Origin: Bacteroidota bacterium
Lineage (GTDB): Bacteria > Bacteroidota > Bacteroidia > Palsa-948
Direction of reading: 5' to 3'
Assembly: GCA_004297845.1 (NCBI GenBank)
Contig: SCSP01000074.1
Location: 1 to 41,486, forward strand
DNA: 41,486 bases
In this document: positions 8,520 to 17,591 of the stretch, piece by piece
How the letters are laid out: every line of letters begins with the position of its first letter
Position numbering within the stretch: position 1 is the first letter of the stretch
Notes under the pieces: generated by a model
What the model was told of the DNA's origin: nothing
The model's database searches: none
The model's input: only the letters and a program-made list of their open reading frames with translations
Position numbers and translations under genes: made by a program

Positions 8520-10539
8520 AATTAAATACAGGTCAAAAAACGCAAAAGAAGCAGGCGCACACTTTGTGTGTTTTTTGTTTGTATTTATTGTCGCTTTCCT
8601 AATGCCTGTTGCCGAGTGCTGTTCCCAGTCTATACCTGAGTTGGAAGGGAAACTACAAATCGCTTCTGCCGAAGAAAAACCCGGCATACTCAACCAGCTG
8701 TCAGAAGCTTATCTTAAATCAGACGGAAACAAGAGTATTGATTATGCGGAACAGTCCCTTAAAGCAGCGCGCAAAACGGACGATATAAATGAGGAAACCG
8801 GTGCATTCATCAACCTTGGCAATGGCTATGATAAAATTAAAAATCAGAAGAAAGCCATCCAGAATTACAAAGAAGCGATAAAATTATTTGACCAGTATAA
8901 TCAGCCCGGAAGTTCAGCCTATATCTGGAACAAGATTGCGGACTCTTATGTTAATACAGGGAGTTACGCAGAAGCTATAGACGCCAATACCAAAGCGCTT
9001 GACCTCTTTAAAAAGGCAAATGACAAAACCGGAATCGTAAACATGAATATTGACCTGGGTGATATTTATTTTAAGCAGGAAAAATATGAAAGCTGCCTCC
9101 CTAACTACAAGCAGGCCCTTCGGTTGTACGAAGATTCAAAAGATGCCAGGGGGCAGGTAACCATTTTAAACCGTATCGGAAGCGCCTATTCCCAATGGGG
9201 AAACTACGATGAAGCCTATATTTTTCTGAACCGCGCACTCGATGTAGCGAAAAAAAATAACCTGAACTCCCAGGCCAATGCAGTGGCCCAGAGCCTGGAA
9301 AAGGTGAAAAAGAACATGAGCAACTGGTCTAAATCACAAACAGAGTATGCGGTACAGGCAGAAAAAGAACAGCAGAAAAAAGCAAGAGAACAGGAAATAC
9401 AAATTCTGACAAAAGTAAGTGAGATTAACCTGCTGGCTGATAAAAACATCAAATCAACCGCTGAGATCGAGCAGTTAGGCATAGAAGCCCAGCTAAAAGA
9501 GTTCAAGATAAAAACCCAGCAGGAAGAGATTAAGCGCAAGCAGATGGAAACCGAATCGCAGACCCGTGCCAATGAATTGTTGAAAAAAGAAAAGGAACTT
9601 GCCGATTCCGAACTTAAAACTCAGCGCATTATCATCTGGGGTGGCGTTGGCTTTTCTATTTTGGGTCTGATGCTTACAGCGCTTGTATTTTCCGCCTACA
9701 GAAACAAAAAGAAAGCAAATAACCTTCTGAAACAGAAGAACGAGATCATTTACAAGCAGAAAGACCAGATCGAACAAAAGAACATGCTTATTACAGACAG
9801 CATAGACTACGCAAAAAATATTCAGGAAGCCATTCTCCCTCCTGCCACCTTGCTCTCAAAACATTTCCCTGAATCATTTATTCTGTATAAGCCTAAAGAT
9901 GTTGTCAGCGGTGATTTTTACTGGATTCACGAAGGAAAAGATAATAACAGCGTAAGCCTGGCCGCGGCAGACTGCACCGGGCATGGCGTTCCTGGCGCAT
10001 TCATGAGTTTGCTTGGATTTATCATGCTGGATGACATAGCCCGCAGAAACGCGCGTGGTACTCCCGCAGAGGTATTGAAGGAAGTGAACACTCAGTTAAT
10101 GTCCGTTCTTCACCAAAACACCGAAAATACCACAGGAAAATTCGGAATGGATATTGCCCTGATCAAACTGGATAAGCTAAAAAACGAAATCACTTTTACG
10201 GGAGCCCATAATCCCCTCATCGTTGTAAACAGCGGCAACATTACAGAAATAAAAGCCGACAGGATATCCATTGGCACATCCACTGACTGTTCGTTCAATA
10301 ACAGTACCGTGCAGGTCCAAAAAGGAGATATGATCTATGTCTACACAGACGGATACCAGGACCAGATCGGAGGTGAAAAAAGAAAAAAATTCCTCTCCTT
10401 CCATTTAAAAGAATTGCTGCAGCAAATTTATTTGCTGAGTCCGGAAAAGCAGATGGAAGAACTGAGCAAAAAACATGCTGAATGGAAAGGCAAAAACGAT
10501 CAAACGGATGATATTTTAATTATAGGGTTAAAAGTTTAA
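8485..10539 (+). CDS. TPR / coiled-coil / transmembrane SpoIIE-type (PP2C) serine phosphatase
   Basis: N-terminal hydrophobic segment, TPR-like repeats, a long K/E/Q-rich coiled coil, and a TM helix (IIIWGGVGFSILGLMLTALVFSAY). The C-terminal SpoIIE/RsbU-like domain shows SGDFYW, AAADCTGHGVPGAFMS, YVYTDGY and DDILIIGLKV. The start overlaps the previous gene by 35 nt. Confidence 0.85.
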   Translation: MQSLSIFLSKTKIKYRSKNAKEAGAHFVCFLFVFIVAFLMPVAECCSQSIPELEGKLQIASAEEKPGILNQLSEAYLKSDGNKSIDYAEQSLKAARKTDDINEETGAFINLGNGYDKIKNQKKAIQNYKEAIKLFDQYNQPGSSAYIWNKIADSYVNTGSYAEAIDANTKALDLFKKANDKTGIVNMNIDLGDIYFKQEKYESCLPNYKQALRLYEDSKDARGQVTILNRIGSAYSQWGNYDEAYIFLNRALDVAKKNNLNSQANAVAQSLEKVKKNMSNWSKSQTEYAVQAEKEQQKKAREQEIQILTKVSEINLLADKNIKSTAEIEQLGIEAQLKEFKIKTQQEEIKRKQMETESQTRANELLKKEKELADSELKTQRIIIWGGVGFSILGLMLTALVFSAYRNKKKANNLLKQKNEIIYKQKDQIEQKNMLITDSIDYAKNIQEAILPPATLLSKHFPESFILYKPKDVVSGDFYWIHEGKDNNSVSLAAADCTGHGVPGAFMSLLGFIMLDDIARRNARGTPAEVLKEVNTQLMSVLHQNTENTTGKFGMDIALIKLDKLKNEITFTGAHNPLIVVNSGNITEIKADRISIGTSTDCSFNNSTVQVQKGDMIYVYTDGYQDQIGGEKRKKFLSFHLKELLQQIYLLSPEKQMEELSKKHAEWKGKNDQTDDILIIGLKV

Positions 10540-10542
10540 AAT

Positions 10543-12549
10543 TTGAAATACTTCAAGATTTTAATAGCAGCAATTATATTTTTCCCCTTCTCTTTACTCC
10601 CGCAAAATGTGGAGTTCACCAAAGAGAACTTTCCAAATGACAGGAATGGATTGAAAGAGGCAAAGAAGAATATTCAAGAGGCAGACGGGTATTTTTACCA
10701 GTCGCAAAATGCAGGATACAAATTATACTCAAAAGCTCTCCCTCTGTACCTTAAAGCCAATGACTTTAATCCGAAAAATATTTTAATAAACTATCAAATA
10801 GGCGTTTGTTACCTGCATTCTTCTTTTAAGAAGAAAAGTCTTTCCTATCTTGAAAAGGTAGGTACGTTAAATCCAACCATAGGTGAAAACCTGCACTATT
10901 ACCTTGGGCAAAGCTATCACCTGAATATGGATTGGGACAAAGCCATCCAAGAGTATCAGACGCACAAGGATATGATCTCCGCGAGGGGTCATTCTGACAA
11001 GCCGGAGCAAAAGGCAGAGATCTTGGAGGTAGACAAAAAAATCGCAGAATGTAAAAATGGAATGGAGCTGGTTAAAAAACCCATCCCGGTACTGATAGAG
11101 AATTTAGGGTCAGAAATAAATTCATCTTTCCCTGATTACCGCCCCGTGATTTCTGCTGATGAATCGGTTCTTATTTTTACATCCCGCAGAGATAATACCG
11201 CAGGAGGAGGCGTTGATGTACACGATCAAATGTATTATGAGGATATTTATATTTCAACCTATGAAAACGGTAAATGGATTGCCGCAAAAAATATGGGGAA
11301 ACCGGTGAATTCTGAAAACCGACACGATGCTACCCTGGCTCTTTCCGCAGATGCACAAAAGTTATTTATCTATTTAGACGACATGGATCGTGGCGGAGGC
11401 AACATCTATCAATGCAACCAGAAAGGGACCTTTTGGGAAAAACCGGAAAAAATGAGCCATACTATTAATACAAAATATCACGAATCCTCCGCATCACTTT
11501 CAGCCGATGGTAACATACTGTATTTTGTCAGCAATAAAGCAAAAGGATTTGGCGGGCACGATATTTATAAAACGGAATGGGATAAAACAACCAAGCAATG
11601 GGGAGAATCGGAAAACCTGGGCACTGTGATAAACACTCCTTATGAAGAACATGGTGTATTTATTCACCCGGATGGAAAAACCATCTACTTCAGCAGCGAA
11701 GGACATAAAACAATGGGAGGGTTTGACATTTTTAAATCGGTTTTGGACAAAAAGACAAAGCAATGGTCAACTCCCGAAAATATCGGCTATCCGATAAATA
11801 CTCCGGATGATGATATTGATTATGTAGTGTCGGCAAGCGGTAAACATGCATACTATTCTTCTTTCAGGGCGGACGGGCATGGGGAAAAAGATATTTGTAT
11901 AGTTACCGCAGAAATATCCAGCGCGGAAGTTACTATTCTGAAAGGAACCATTTTTGATGCTTTAACCAAACAGCCGCTTGAAGCGGAAATTGAATTGGTT
12001 GACAATCAATTGAACCTGATTATTTCTACATTTACATCCAATAGTGCTACAGGCAAGTATCTTGTTTCTCTTCCTTCAGGCAGAAATTACGGTATTGCCG
12101 TGAGCAAACAAGGCTACCTTTTTCAATCCGAGAATCTTGATATCCCCGCCTCAGCGGCTTATCAGGAAATAGTGAAAGATTTCGGACTGAACAGTTTGTC
12201 AGTGGGAAGTAAAATAGTTCTAAAAAATATTTTTTTTGATTTTGATAAGGCAACCTTACGTGCCGAATCTGCATCCGAACTGGAACGTCTTACCAAATTA
12301 CTGACGGATGCTCCCACTATCGAGATTGAAATATCGGGGCATACGGATAATAAAGGATCGGATGAGTATAACCGGAAACTTTCCCAGTCACGCGCGCAGG
12401 CAGTGGTTGATTATCTTGTAAAAAAAGGCATTGAAAAATCCCGGTTCACAGCAAAAGGGTACGGCAAAACAAAACCTGTTGCAACAAATGATACCGATGA
12501 AGGCAGGCAATTAAACAGGAGAACGGAGTTTGAAATTTTGAGCAAATAA
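10543..12549 (+). CDS. TPR-PD40-CarbopepD_reg-OmpA envelope protein (paralogue 2, TTG start)
   Basis: Same architecture as 6018-8519, with long stretches identical to 12568-14643 (KGTIFDA, SNSATGK, NYGIAV, NIFFDFDK, GRQLNRRTEFEI). Confidence 0.9.
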   Translation: MKYFKILIAAIIFFPFSLLPQNVEFTKENFPNDRNGLKEAKKNIQEADGYFYQSQNAGYKLYSKALPLYLKANDFNPKNILINYQIGVCYLHSSFKKKSLSYLEKVGTLNPTIGENLHYYLGQSYHLNMDWDKAIQEYQTHKDMISARGHSDKPEQKAEILEVDKKIAECKNGMELVKKPIPVLIENLGSEINSSFPDYRPVISADESVLIFTSRRDNTAGGGVDVHDQMYYEDIYISTYENGKWIAAKNMGKPVNSENRHDATLALSADAQKLFIYLDDMDRGGGNIYQCNQKGTFWEKPEKMSHTINTKYHESSASLSADGNILYFVSNKAKGFGGHDIYKTEWDKTTKQWGESENLGTVINTPYEEHGVFIHPDGKTIYFSSEGHKTMGGFDIFKSVLDKKTKQWSTPENIGYPINTPDDDIDYVVSASGKHAYYSSFRADGHGEKDICIVTAEISSAEVTILKGTIFDALTKQPLEAEIELVDNQLNLIISTFTSNSATGKYLVSLPSGRNYGIAVSKQGYLFQSENLDIPASAAYQEIVKDFGLNSLSVGSKIVLKNIFFDFDKATLRAESASELERLTKLLTDAPTIEIEISGHTDNKGSDEYNRKLSQSRAQAVVDYLVKKGIEKSRFTAKGYGKTKPVATNDTDEGRQLNRRTEFEILSK

Positions 12550-12567
12550 ACTAAAAACCATATACGA

Positions 12568-14643
12568 ATGAAACCACTTTTTTTTATCTCCTGTTTGTTT
12601 TCATTAAGCCTCTGTTTGAAGGCGCAAAATGTAGAGTTTGAAAAAGCAAATTTTCCGAATGACAAGAGTGGATTTAAAGACGCAAAGAGAAGCATGGAAG
12701 ATGGCGATGACTACTTCAATAAATCACAAAAAGAGGGTTATAAACTGTATAATGACGCCCTTGACCTCTACCTGAAGGCGAATACTTTTAATCCGAGCAA
12801 CGCGTTGCTGAACTACAAGATAGGAGTGTGCTACCTCAACTCAGCATGGAAGCAGAAATCACTTGCTCATCTTGAGAAATCCTATAAACTAAACCCGAAT
12901 GTAGGCGAGAATATTCACTACTACCTGGGCCGGGCCTACCACCTCAACATGGAATGGGACAAAGCCATTAAGGAATACCAGACCTACCGCCCCATGATAA
13001 AACCCGAAGACAAAGAATCTATAAAGGATGTAGACAAAAAGGTAAACGAATGCAGAACAGGCATTGAACTGGTAAAACATCCCACACTTGTTTTTATCGA
13101 CAACATTGGCGCGGACATCAACTCGCCTTTTCCTGATTACGGCCCGGTAATTTCCGCGGATGAAGCCATCATGATGTACACTTCCAGAAGGTCCAACACC
13201 TCAGGCGGGGGTATGGACCCCAACGACCAGCAGTATTATGAAGACATATACATTTCCACCAGTGAAAATTCAAAATGGGCTGTCGGAAAAAATATGGGCA
13301 AGCCGGTAAATACGGATAACAGGCACGATGCAACGGTAGCCCTTTCGGCAGACGGACAGAAATTATTTATTTACTTAGACGATATGACCCGTGGCAGCGG
13401 AAATATTTACGAATGTGAAATTAAGGGAATCACCTGGGCAAAACCGGATAAGCTCAATGACAACATTAATTCCAAATATCACGAATCCTCCGCTTCCATC
13501 ACTGCGGACGGAAACATCTTATATTTCGTGAGCAACCGCGAAGGAGGCTTTGGCGAGCACGATATTTACAAATGCACCTGGGACCTCAAAAAGAAAAAAT
13601 GGGGAGAAGCCGAGAACCTGGGTCCCACCATCAACACTCCATACGGAGAGCATGGTGTTTATATTCATCCTGACGGAAAAACACTTTTCTTCAGCAGCGA
13701 AGGATTAAAAACAATGGGAGGTTATGATATTTTTAAATCAATCTGGGACGATAAAAAGAAAAAATGGTCAGCACCTGAAAACATGGGGTATCCCGTTAAT
13801 TCTCCCGATGATGACATTGATTTTGTTCTTTCTGCAAGCGGAAAACACGCCTACTACTCTGCTTTTAAAAACGAAGGCTTCGGGGAAAAGGATATTTACC
13901 TGATCACCTTTGTAACCCCGAAGCATCCTGTACTAAACACTGAGGACAACCTGCTTGCAAGCCTCACGGAGCCCATCAAAGAAACTGTGATCGCGAAAGC
14001 TATTGATGTACCTGTGGTGGCAGTATCCATCCTGAAAGGAACCATTTTTGATGCGGTTACCAAGGCTCCTTTGGAAGCCGATATAGAGCTGGTTGATAAT
14101 ATCTTAAATCAGGTAATTGCATCTTTTAAATCAAATAGCGCCACCGGCAAGTTCTTAGTTTCGCTCCCCGGGGGAAAGAACTACGGAATTGCGGTCAAGA
14201 AAGAGGGTTACCTCTTCCACTCCGAGAATTTTGATATACCTGCCTCTGCCGGCTATCAGGAATATGTGAAGGACATTCCCCTAAAGAACATTGCCGTGGG
14301 AACCAAGATTGTGCTCCGTAATATCTTCTTTGATTTTGACAAATCCACGCTGAGGCCTGAATCAACCTACGAACTGGAGCGCCTCATACAACTGCTCAAA
14401 GATGTTCCAACCATGAAAATTGAAATTGGCGGTCACACAGACAGTAAAGGATCGGACGAGTATAACATGAAGCTTTCAGCCAGCCGTGCTCAATCTGTTG
14501 TGGATTACTTAGCTACACACGGAGTTGAAAAAACCCGTTTAACATCCAAAGGATACGGAGAAACAAAACCCATGGCCACCAACGATACGGATGATGGCAG
14601 GCAGCTGAACCGAAGGACGGAGTTTGAGATAAAGAGCAAGTAA
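12568..14643 (+). CDS. TPR-PD40-CarbopepD_reg-OmpA envelope protein (paralogue 3)
   Basis: Signal peptide MKPLFFISCLFSLSLCLKAQ. Same domain order and motifs as 10543-12549. Confidence 0.9.
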   Translation: MKPLFFISCLFSLSLCLKAQNVEFEKANFPNDKSGFKDAKRSMEDGDDYFNKSQKEGYKLYNDALDLYLKANTFNPSNALLNYKIGVCYLNSAWKQKSLAHLEKSYKLNPNVGENIHYYLGRAYHLNMEWDKAIKEYQTYRPMIKPEDKESIKDVDKKVNECRTGIELVKHPTLVFIDNIGADINSPFPDYGPVISADEAIMMYTSRRSNTSGGGMDPNDQQYYEDIYISTSENSKWAVGKNMGKPVNTDNRHDATVALSADGQKLFIYLDDMTRGSGNIYECEIKGITWAKPDKLNDNINSKYHESSASITADGNILYFVSNREGGFGEHDIYKCTWDLKKKKWGEAENLGPTINTPYGEHGVYIHPDGKTLFFSSEGLKTMGGYDIFKSIWDDKKKKWSAPENMGYPVNSPDDDIDFVLSASGKHAYYSAFKNEGFGEKDIYLITFVTPKHPVLNTEDNLLASLTEPIKETVIAKAIDVPVVAVSILKGTIFDAVTKAPLEADIELVDNILNQVIASFKSNSATGKFLVSLPGGKNYGIAVKKEGYLFHSENFDIPASAGYQEYVKDIPLKNIAVGTKIVLRNIFFDFDKSTLRPESTYELERLIQLLKDVPTMKIEIGGHTDSKGSDEYNMKLSASRAQSVVDYLATHGVEKTRLTSKGYGETKPMATNDTDDGRQLNRRTEFEIKSK

Positions 14644-14723
14644 CCCATCTCTACCACATTCCGAAATCTATAAATTTATCCCATGCATAATAATGGAATC
14701 CTTTGAAGAAAATTTTAAACTTT

Positions 14724-15902
14724 CTAAATATAAAACCCCTTCTTCCCTTCCCTCACTAATTTTTTCAGCAGTACGCTTGGGCGGTAGCGGTCTTCGTTGT
14801 ATTTGGAATATAGTTTTTCGAGCGCAGAGAGTACCTTCTCTATTCCTATCTCATCCGCCCATTTCAGCAGACCTTTTGGATAGTTCACGCCTTTGGTCAT
14901 GGCCATGTCAATGTCTTCTTTGGTGGCCACTCCGTAATACAGCGCATCGGCAGCTTCGTTGATGAGCATCACCAACACCCGTTGAAGAATAGCGATCTTA
15001 TCCTTTTCTCCCAATCCTACGCCTGTCTCTCCTCCTTTGGAGGAGTTGGAGGGGGCTTGGTAATCATAATATCCCTTTCCACTCTTCTTCCCAAAATGCC
15101 CCGCCTCCACCAATCTTTTTTGAGTTAGCGAAGGTTTGTATTTAGGATCGTTAAAGAATTGCTTCCATATTGTTTTTGTAACCGTGTAGTTAATGTCATT
15201 GCCAATCATATCCATCAATTCAAAAGGCCCCATTTTAAAACCTCCAATTTCCTTCATGGCCGAATCAATAGTTGCAAAGTCGGCTATACCCTCTTCATAA
15301 ATACGTATGGATTCTCCATAAAAGGGGCGTGCCACGCGGTTCACGATAAACCCGGGGGTGTCTTTTGCAATTACGGGAATTTTTTTCCAACTCTCGATCA
15401 TTTTTTTTATTTCTCCTGCCATGTCTTCTCTTGTAGAAATTCCCGGAATAATCTCCACCAAAGGCATCATCGGTGCAGGATTGAAAAAGTGGATGCCTAT
15501 CACCCGCTCAGGTTTCGTGCAGGAAGAAGCAATGGAAGTAATGGACAAGGAAGATGTGTTTGAAGCCAGTACGCAGTCTGTAGAAACTATTTTTTCCAGA
15601 TCGAAAAACACCTTTTGCTTTACTTCTAAATTTTCAGCAACGGCCTCCATGACAAGGCTGCACGGGGCAAGCTCGGAAAAAGTATTTGTAAATTTGGTAA
15701 GGTTAAATATTTTTTTAGACTGATCTAAATTTATCTTACCCTTCTCCGTGAGTTTAGCCAAAGCGGATGATAGGTTTGATTTTGCCCGTTCCAGCGCTGT
15801 CGCGCTCGTATCATACACCACGGTAAAACATCCGGCCATGGCCGCAACCTGTGCAATTCCGCTGCCCATGGCGCCAGAACCTACTATTCCTATTTGGTGC
15901 AT
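14724..15902 (-). CDS. 3-hydroxyacyl-CoA / 3-hydroxybutyryl-CoA dehydrogenase, long form with extra C-terminal domain
   Basis: N-terminal NAD Rossmann motif IGIVGSGAMGSGIAQV. HFFNPAPMMPLVE and PGFIVNR signatures. GKKSGKGYYDY followed by a second 3HCDH_C-like segment. Confidence 0.9.
   Translation of the reverse strand: MHQIGIVGSGAMGSGIAQVAAMAGCFTVVYDTSATALERAKSNLSSALAKLTEKGKINLDQSKKIFNLTKFTNTFSELAPCSLVMEAVAENLEVKQKVFFDLEKIVSTDCVLASNTSSLSITSIASSCTKPERVIGIHFFNPAPMMPLVEIIPGISTREDMAGEIKKMIESWKKIPVIAKDTPGFIVNRVARPFYGESIRIYEEGIADFATIDSAMKEIGGFKMGPFELMDMIGNDINYTVTKTIWKQFFNDPKYKPSLTQKRLVEAGHFGKKSGKGYYDYQAPSNSSKGGETGVGLGEKDKIAILQRVLVMLINEAADALYYGVATKEDIDMAMTKGVNYPKGLLKWADEIGIEKVLSALEKLYSKYNEDRYRPSVLLKKLVREGKKGFYI
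15029..15055. repeat. GC-rich hairpin + purine-tract mini-element, copy A (inside the dehydrogenase gene)
   Basis: ctcctcc|ttt|ggaggag (perfect 7-bp stem, 3-nt loop), then tt + ggaggggg. It translates on the - strand to the linker ...SNSSKGGETG... Confidence 0.6.
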
Positions 15903-16053
15903 TGAGAAGTCAAGTGAGTAGGATAACTGAATTAACCTGCAAATATACTTCGAATCTTACTATTAACTTTATATGGTTAATAATTTAAAAGTGCAATTTG
16001 CATAATCCCAAAATATTTCCTTAAATTCGCGTTTGTAAAAAAACAATGTCAAT

Positions 16054-16839
16054 ATGAAACGGATATTTGTCTTCCTGTTTTTTGTCCTCTTTTGTTTACG
16101 CTCTCATGCGGGAGTAGTCATTGTCGAGGGAAAATACCAGAACAAAAACATCTATATACAGAATGGCTATACAGATGCCGGTGTTGGATTTTGCGCGTAC
16201 GCTGTGTATGTGAACGGCAAACTCACTAATGACGAAGTGAATGCCACCGCATTTGAAATTGACCTTCAGCAATTTCAGTTAAAATATGGACAGGAAGTTA
16301 CTATCAAGATTCACCACAAAGATGGCTGCAACCCACCCCGCGTGCTGAATCCGGATGCATTGAAACCTCTTCCTGCTTTTGAAGTGGTCAGTATGAAGAT
16401 GACCAATGATGGGCTGATCACCTGGACATCCAAAAACGAAGGAGGCCCTATGCCATTTATTGTCGAGCAGTTCCGGTGGAACAAATGGGTGAATGTGGGT
16501 GAAGTACAGGGTTTGGGCAAACCGGGAGAGAACAGCTATAAGTTTCAGGTTACGGCATTACATTCCGGAGAAAATAAATTCAGATTGAAACAAACCGGCT
16601 ACCAGTCAAAATATTCCGGAGAGGTAAAGATCATATCCAGTACACCCCGATGCATATTCTCCCTCTCTAAGGGCACCAAGCAAATTGATTTCAGCTGCGG
16701 TACTTTGTACGAAGTATATAATTACTATGGCTTGGTGGTGAAAAAGGGCTACGGAACAAGAGTGGACATTGCCAACCTTCAAAAGGGAGGCTATTATGTT
16801 TGTTTTGACAATACGATCGGAGAGCTAAAAAAGAAATAG
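16054..16839 (+). CDS. secreted hypothetical protein (261 aa), possible T9SS-CTD-like tail
   Basis: Signal peptide MKRIFVFLFFVLFCLRSHAG. The C-terminal beta-rich tail (YEVYNYYGLVVKKGYGTRVDIANLQKGGYYVCF) loosely resembles a type-A sorting domain. Confidence 0.65.
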   Translation: MKRIFVFLFFVLFCLRSHAGVVIVEGKYQNKNIYIQNGYTDAGVGFCAYAVYVNGKLTNDEVNATAFEIDLQQFQLKYGQEVTIKIHHKDGCNPPRVLNPDALKPLPAFEVVSMKMTNDGLITWTSKNEGGPMPFIVEQFRWNKWVNVGEVQGLGKPGENSYKFQVTALHSGENKFRLKQTGYQSKYSGEVKIISSTPRCIFSLSKGTKQIDFSCGTLYEVYNYYGLVVKKGYGTRVDIANLQKGGYYVCFDNTIGELKKK

Positions 16840-17484
16840 TCATTTTACTCTCCTGAGTATCTCCGTAAATTCCGAGATTATCATAGCGGTAGCTCCCCAG
16901 ATTATTTCCCCGTTTATTGTATAGCAGGGAACCTGCATATTGCCTTTTCTAATCTTAATGAATCGTTCAATGTCTCCCTTATTTTTAGCTGCCATCAGAT
17001 CATTTATCTCTACTTCCAGCAAGCCCTTTACTTCCAGAGGATGCAACTTAAATTCTGGAACGCTGTTTACCATTCCAACGTAGGGATGAACCATGTAATT
17101 ACTTACAGGAATATACAAGGGAGTTAATGCACCCAGCAAGGAAACAGCATTACGATCCACACCAATTTCTTCTTCTGCCTCACGCAATGCAGTTTCTGAA
17201 AGATTTTTATCGGACTCATCCATTCCACCGCCCGGAAATGATATTTGTCCGGCATGACTTCCACCCTCATTTTCAGTCCTGAGAATAAATACAGTTTTAA
17301 CCCGAAAGTGATTTGGATCAGCATAAAGAAGGATCAAAACAGCGCTCTTTTTAGGTGAAATACCCATATCCATATAATCACTTGGAGGCTTTCTTCCAAG
17401 CGGAGCCATCAATTTTTGAGCGGAAAAGCCAGGAAGTTCCATTGAAATTTCAATGGCTAATTTTTCTATGAATTTTGGAAACAT
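16840..17484 (-). CDS. Nudix hydrolase, CoA pyrophosphatase-like
   Basis: Nudix box GGGMDESDKNLSETALREAEEEIGV, preceded by AGQISFPGG, which is typical of the CoA pyrophosphatase subgroup. Confidence 0.85.
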   Translation of the reverse strand: MFPKFIEKLAIEISMELPGFSAQKLMAPLGRKPPSDYMDMGISPKKSAVLILLYADPNHFRVKTVFILRTENEGGSHAGQISFPGGGMDESDKNLSETALREAEEEIGVDRNAVSLLGALTPLYIPVSNYMVHPYVGMVNSVPEFKLHPLEVKGLLEVEINDLMAAKNKGDIERFIKIRKGNMQVPCYTINGEIIWGATAMIISEFTEILRRVK

Positions 17485-17591
17485 ATCATTCGTCTAAGAA
17501 ATTGAAGCGCTTAGCATACAAATACTGCCATTGGTCAAAAGAATTGAAACCTATCGGATTAAAAACGTAAAATAATCTGTAAAGCAACAAT

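Noticed and set aside
8485-10539. A complete partner-switching (RsbU/RsbV/RsbW-like) module around the SpoIIE phosphatase
   Set aside because: No STAS-domain, anti-sigma kinase or sigma-factor ORF is present in the window, so only the phosphatase can be claimed.
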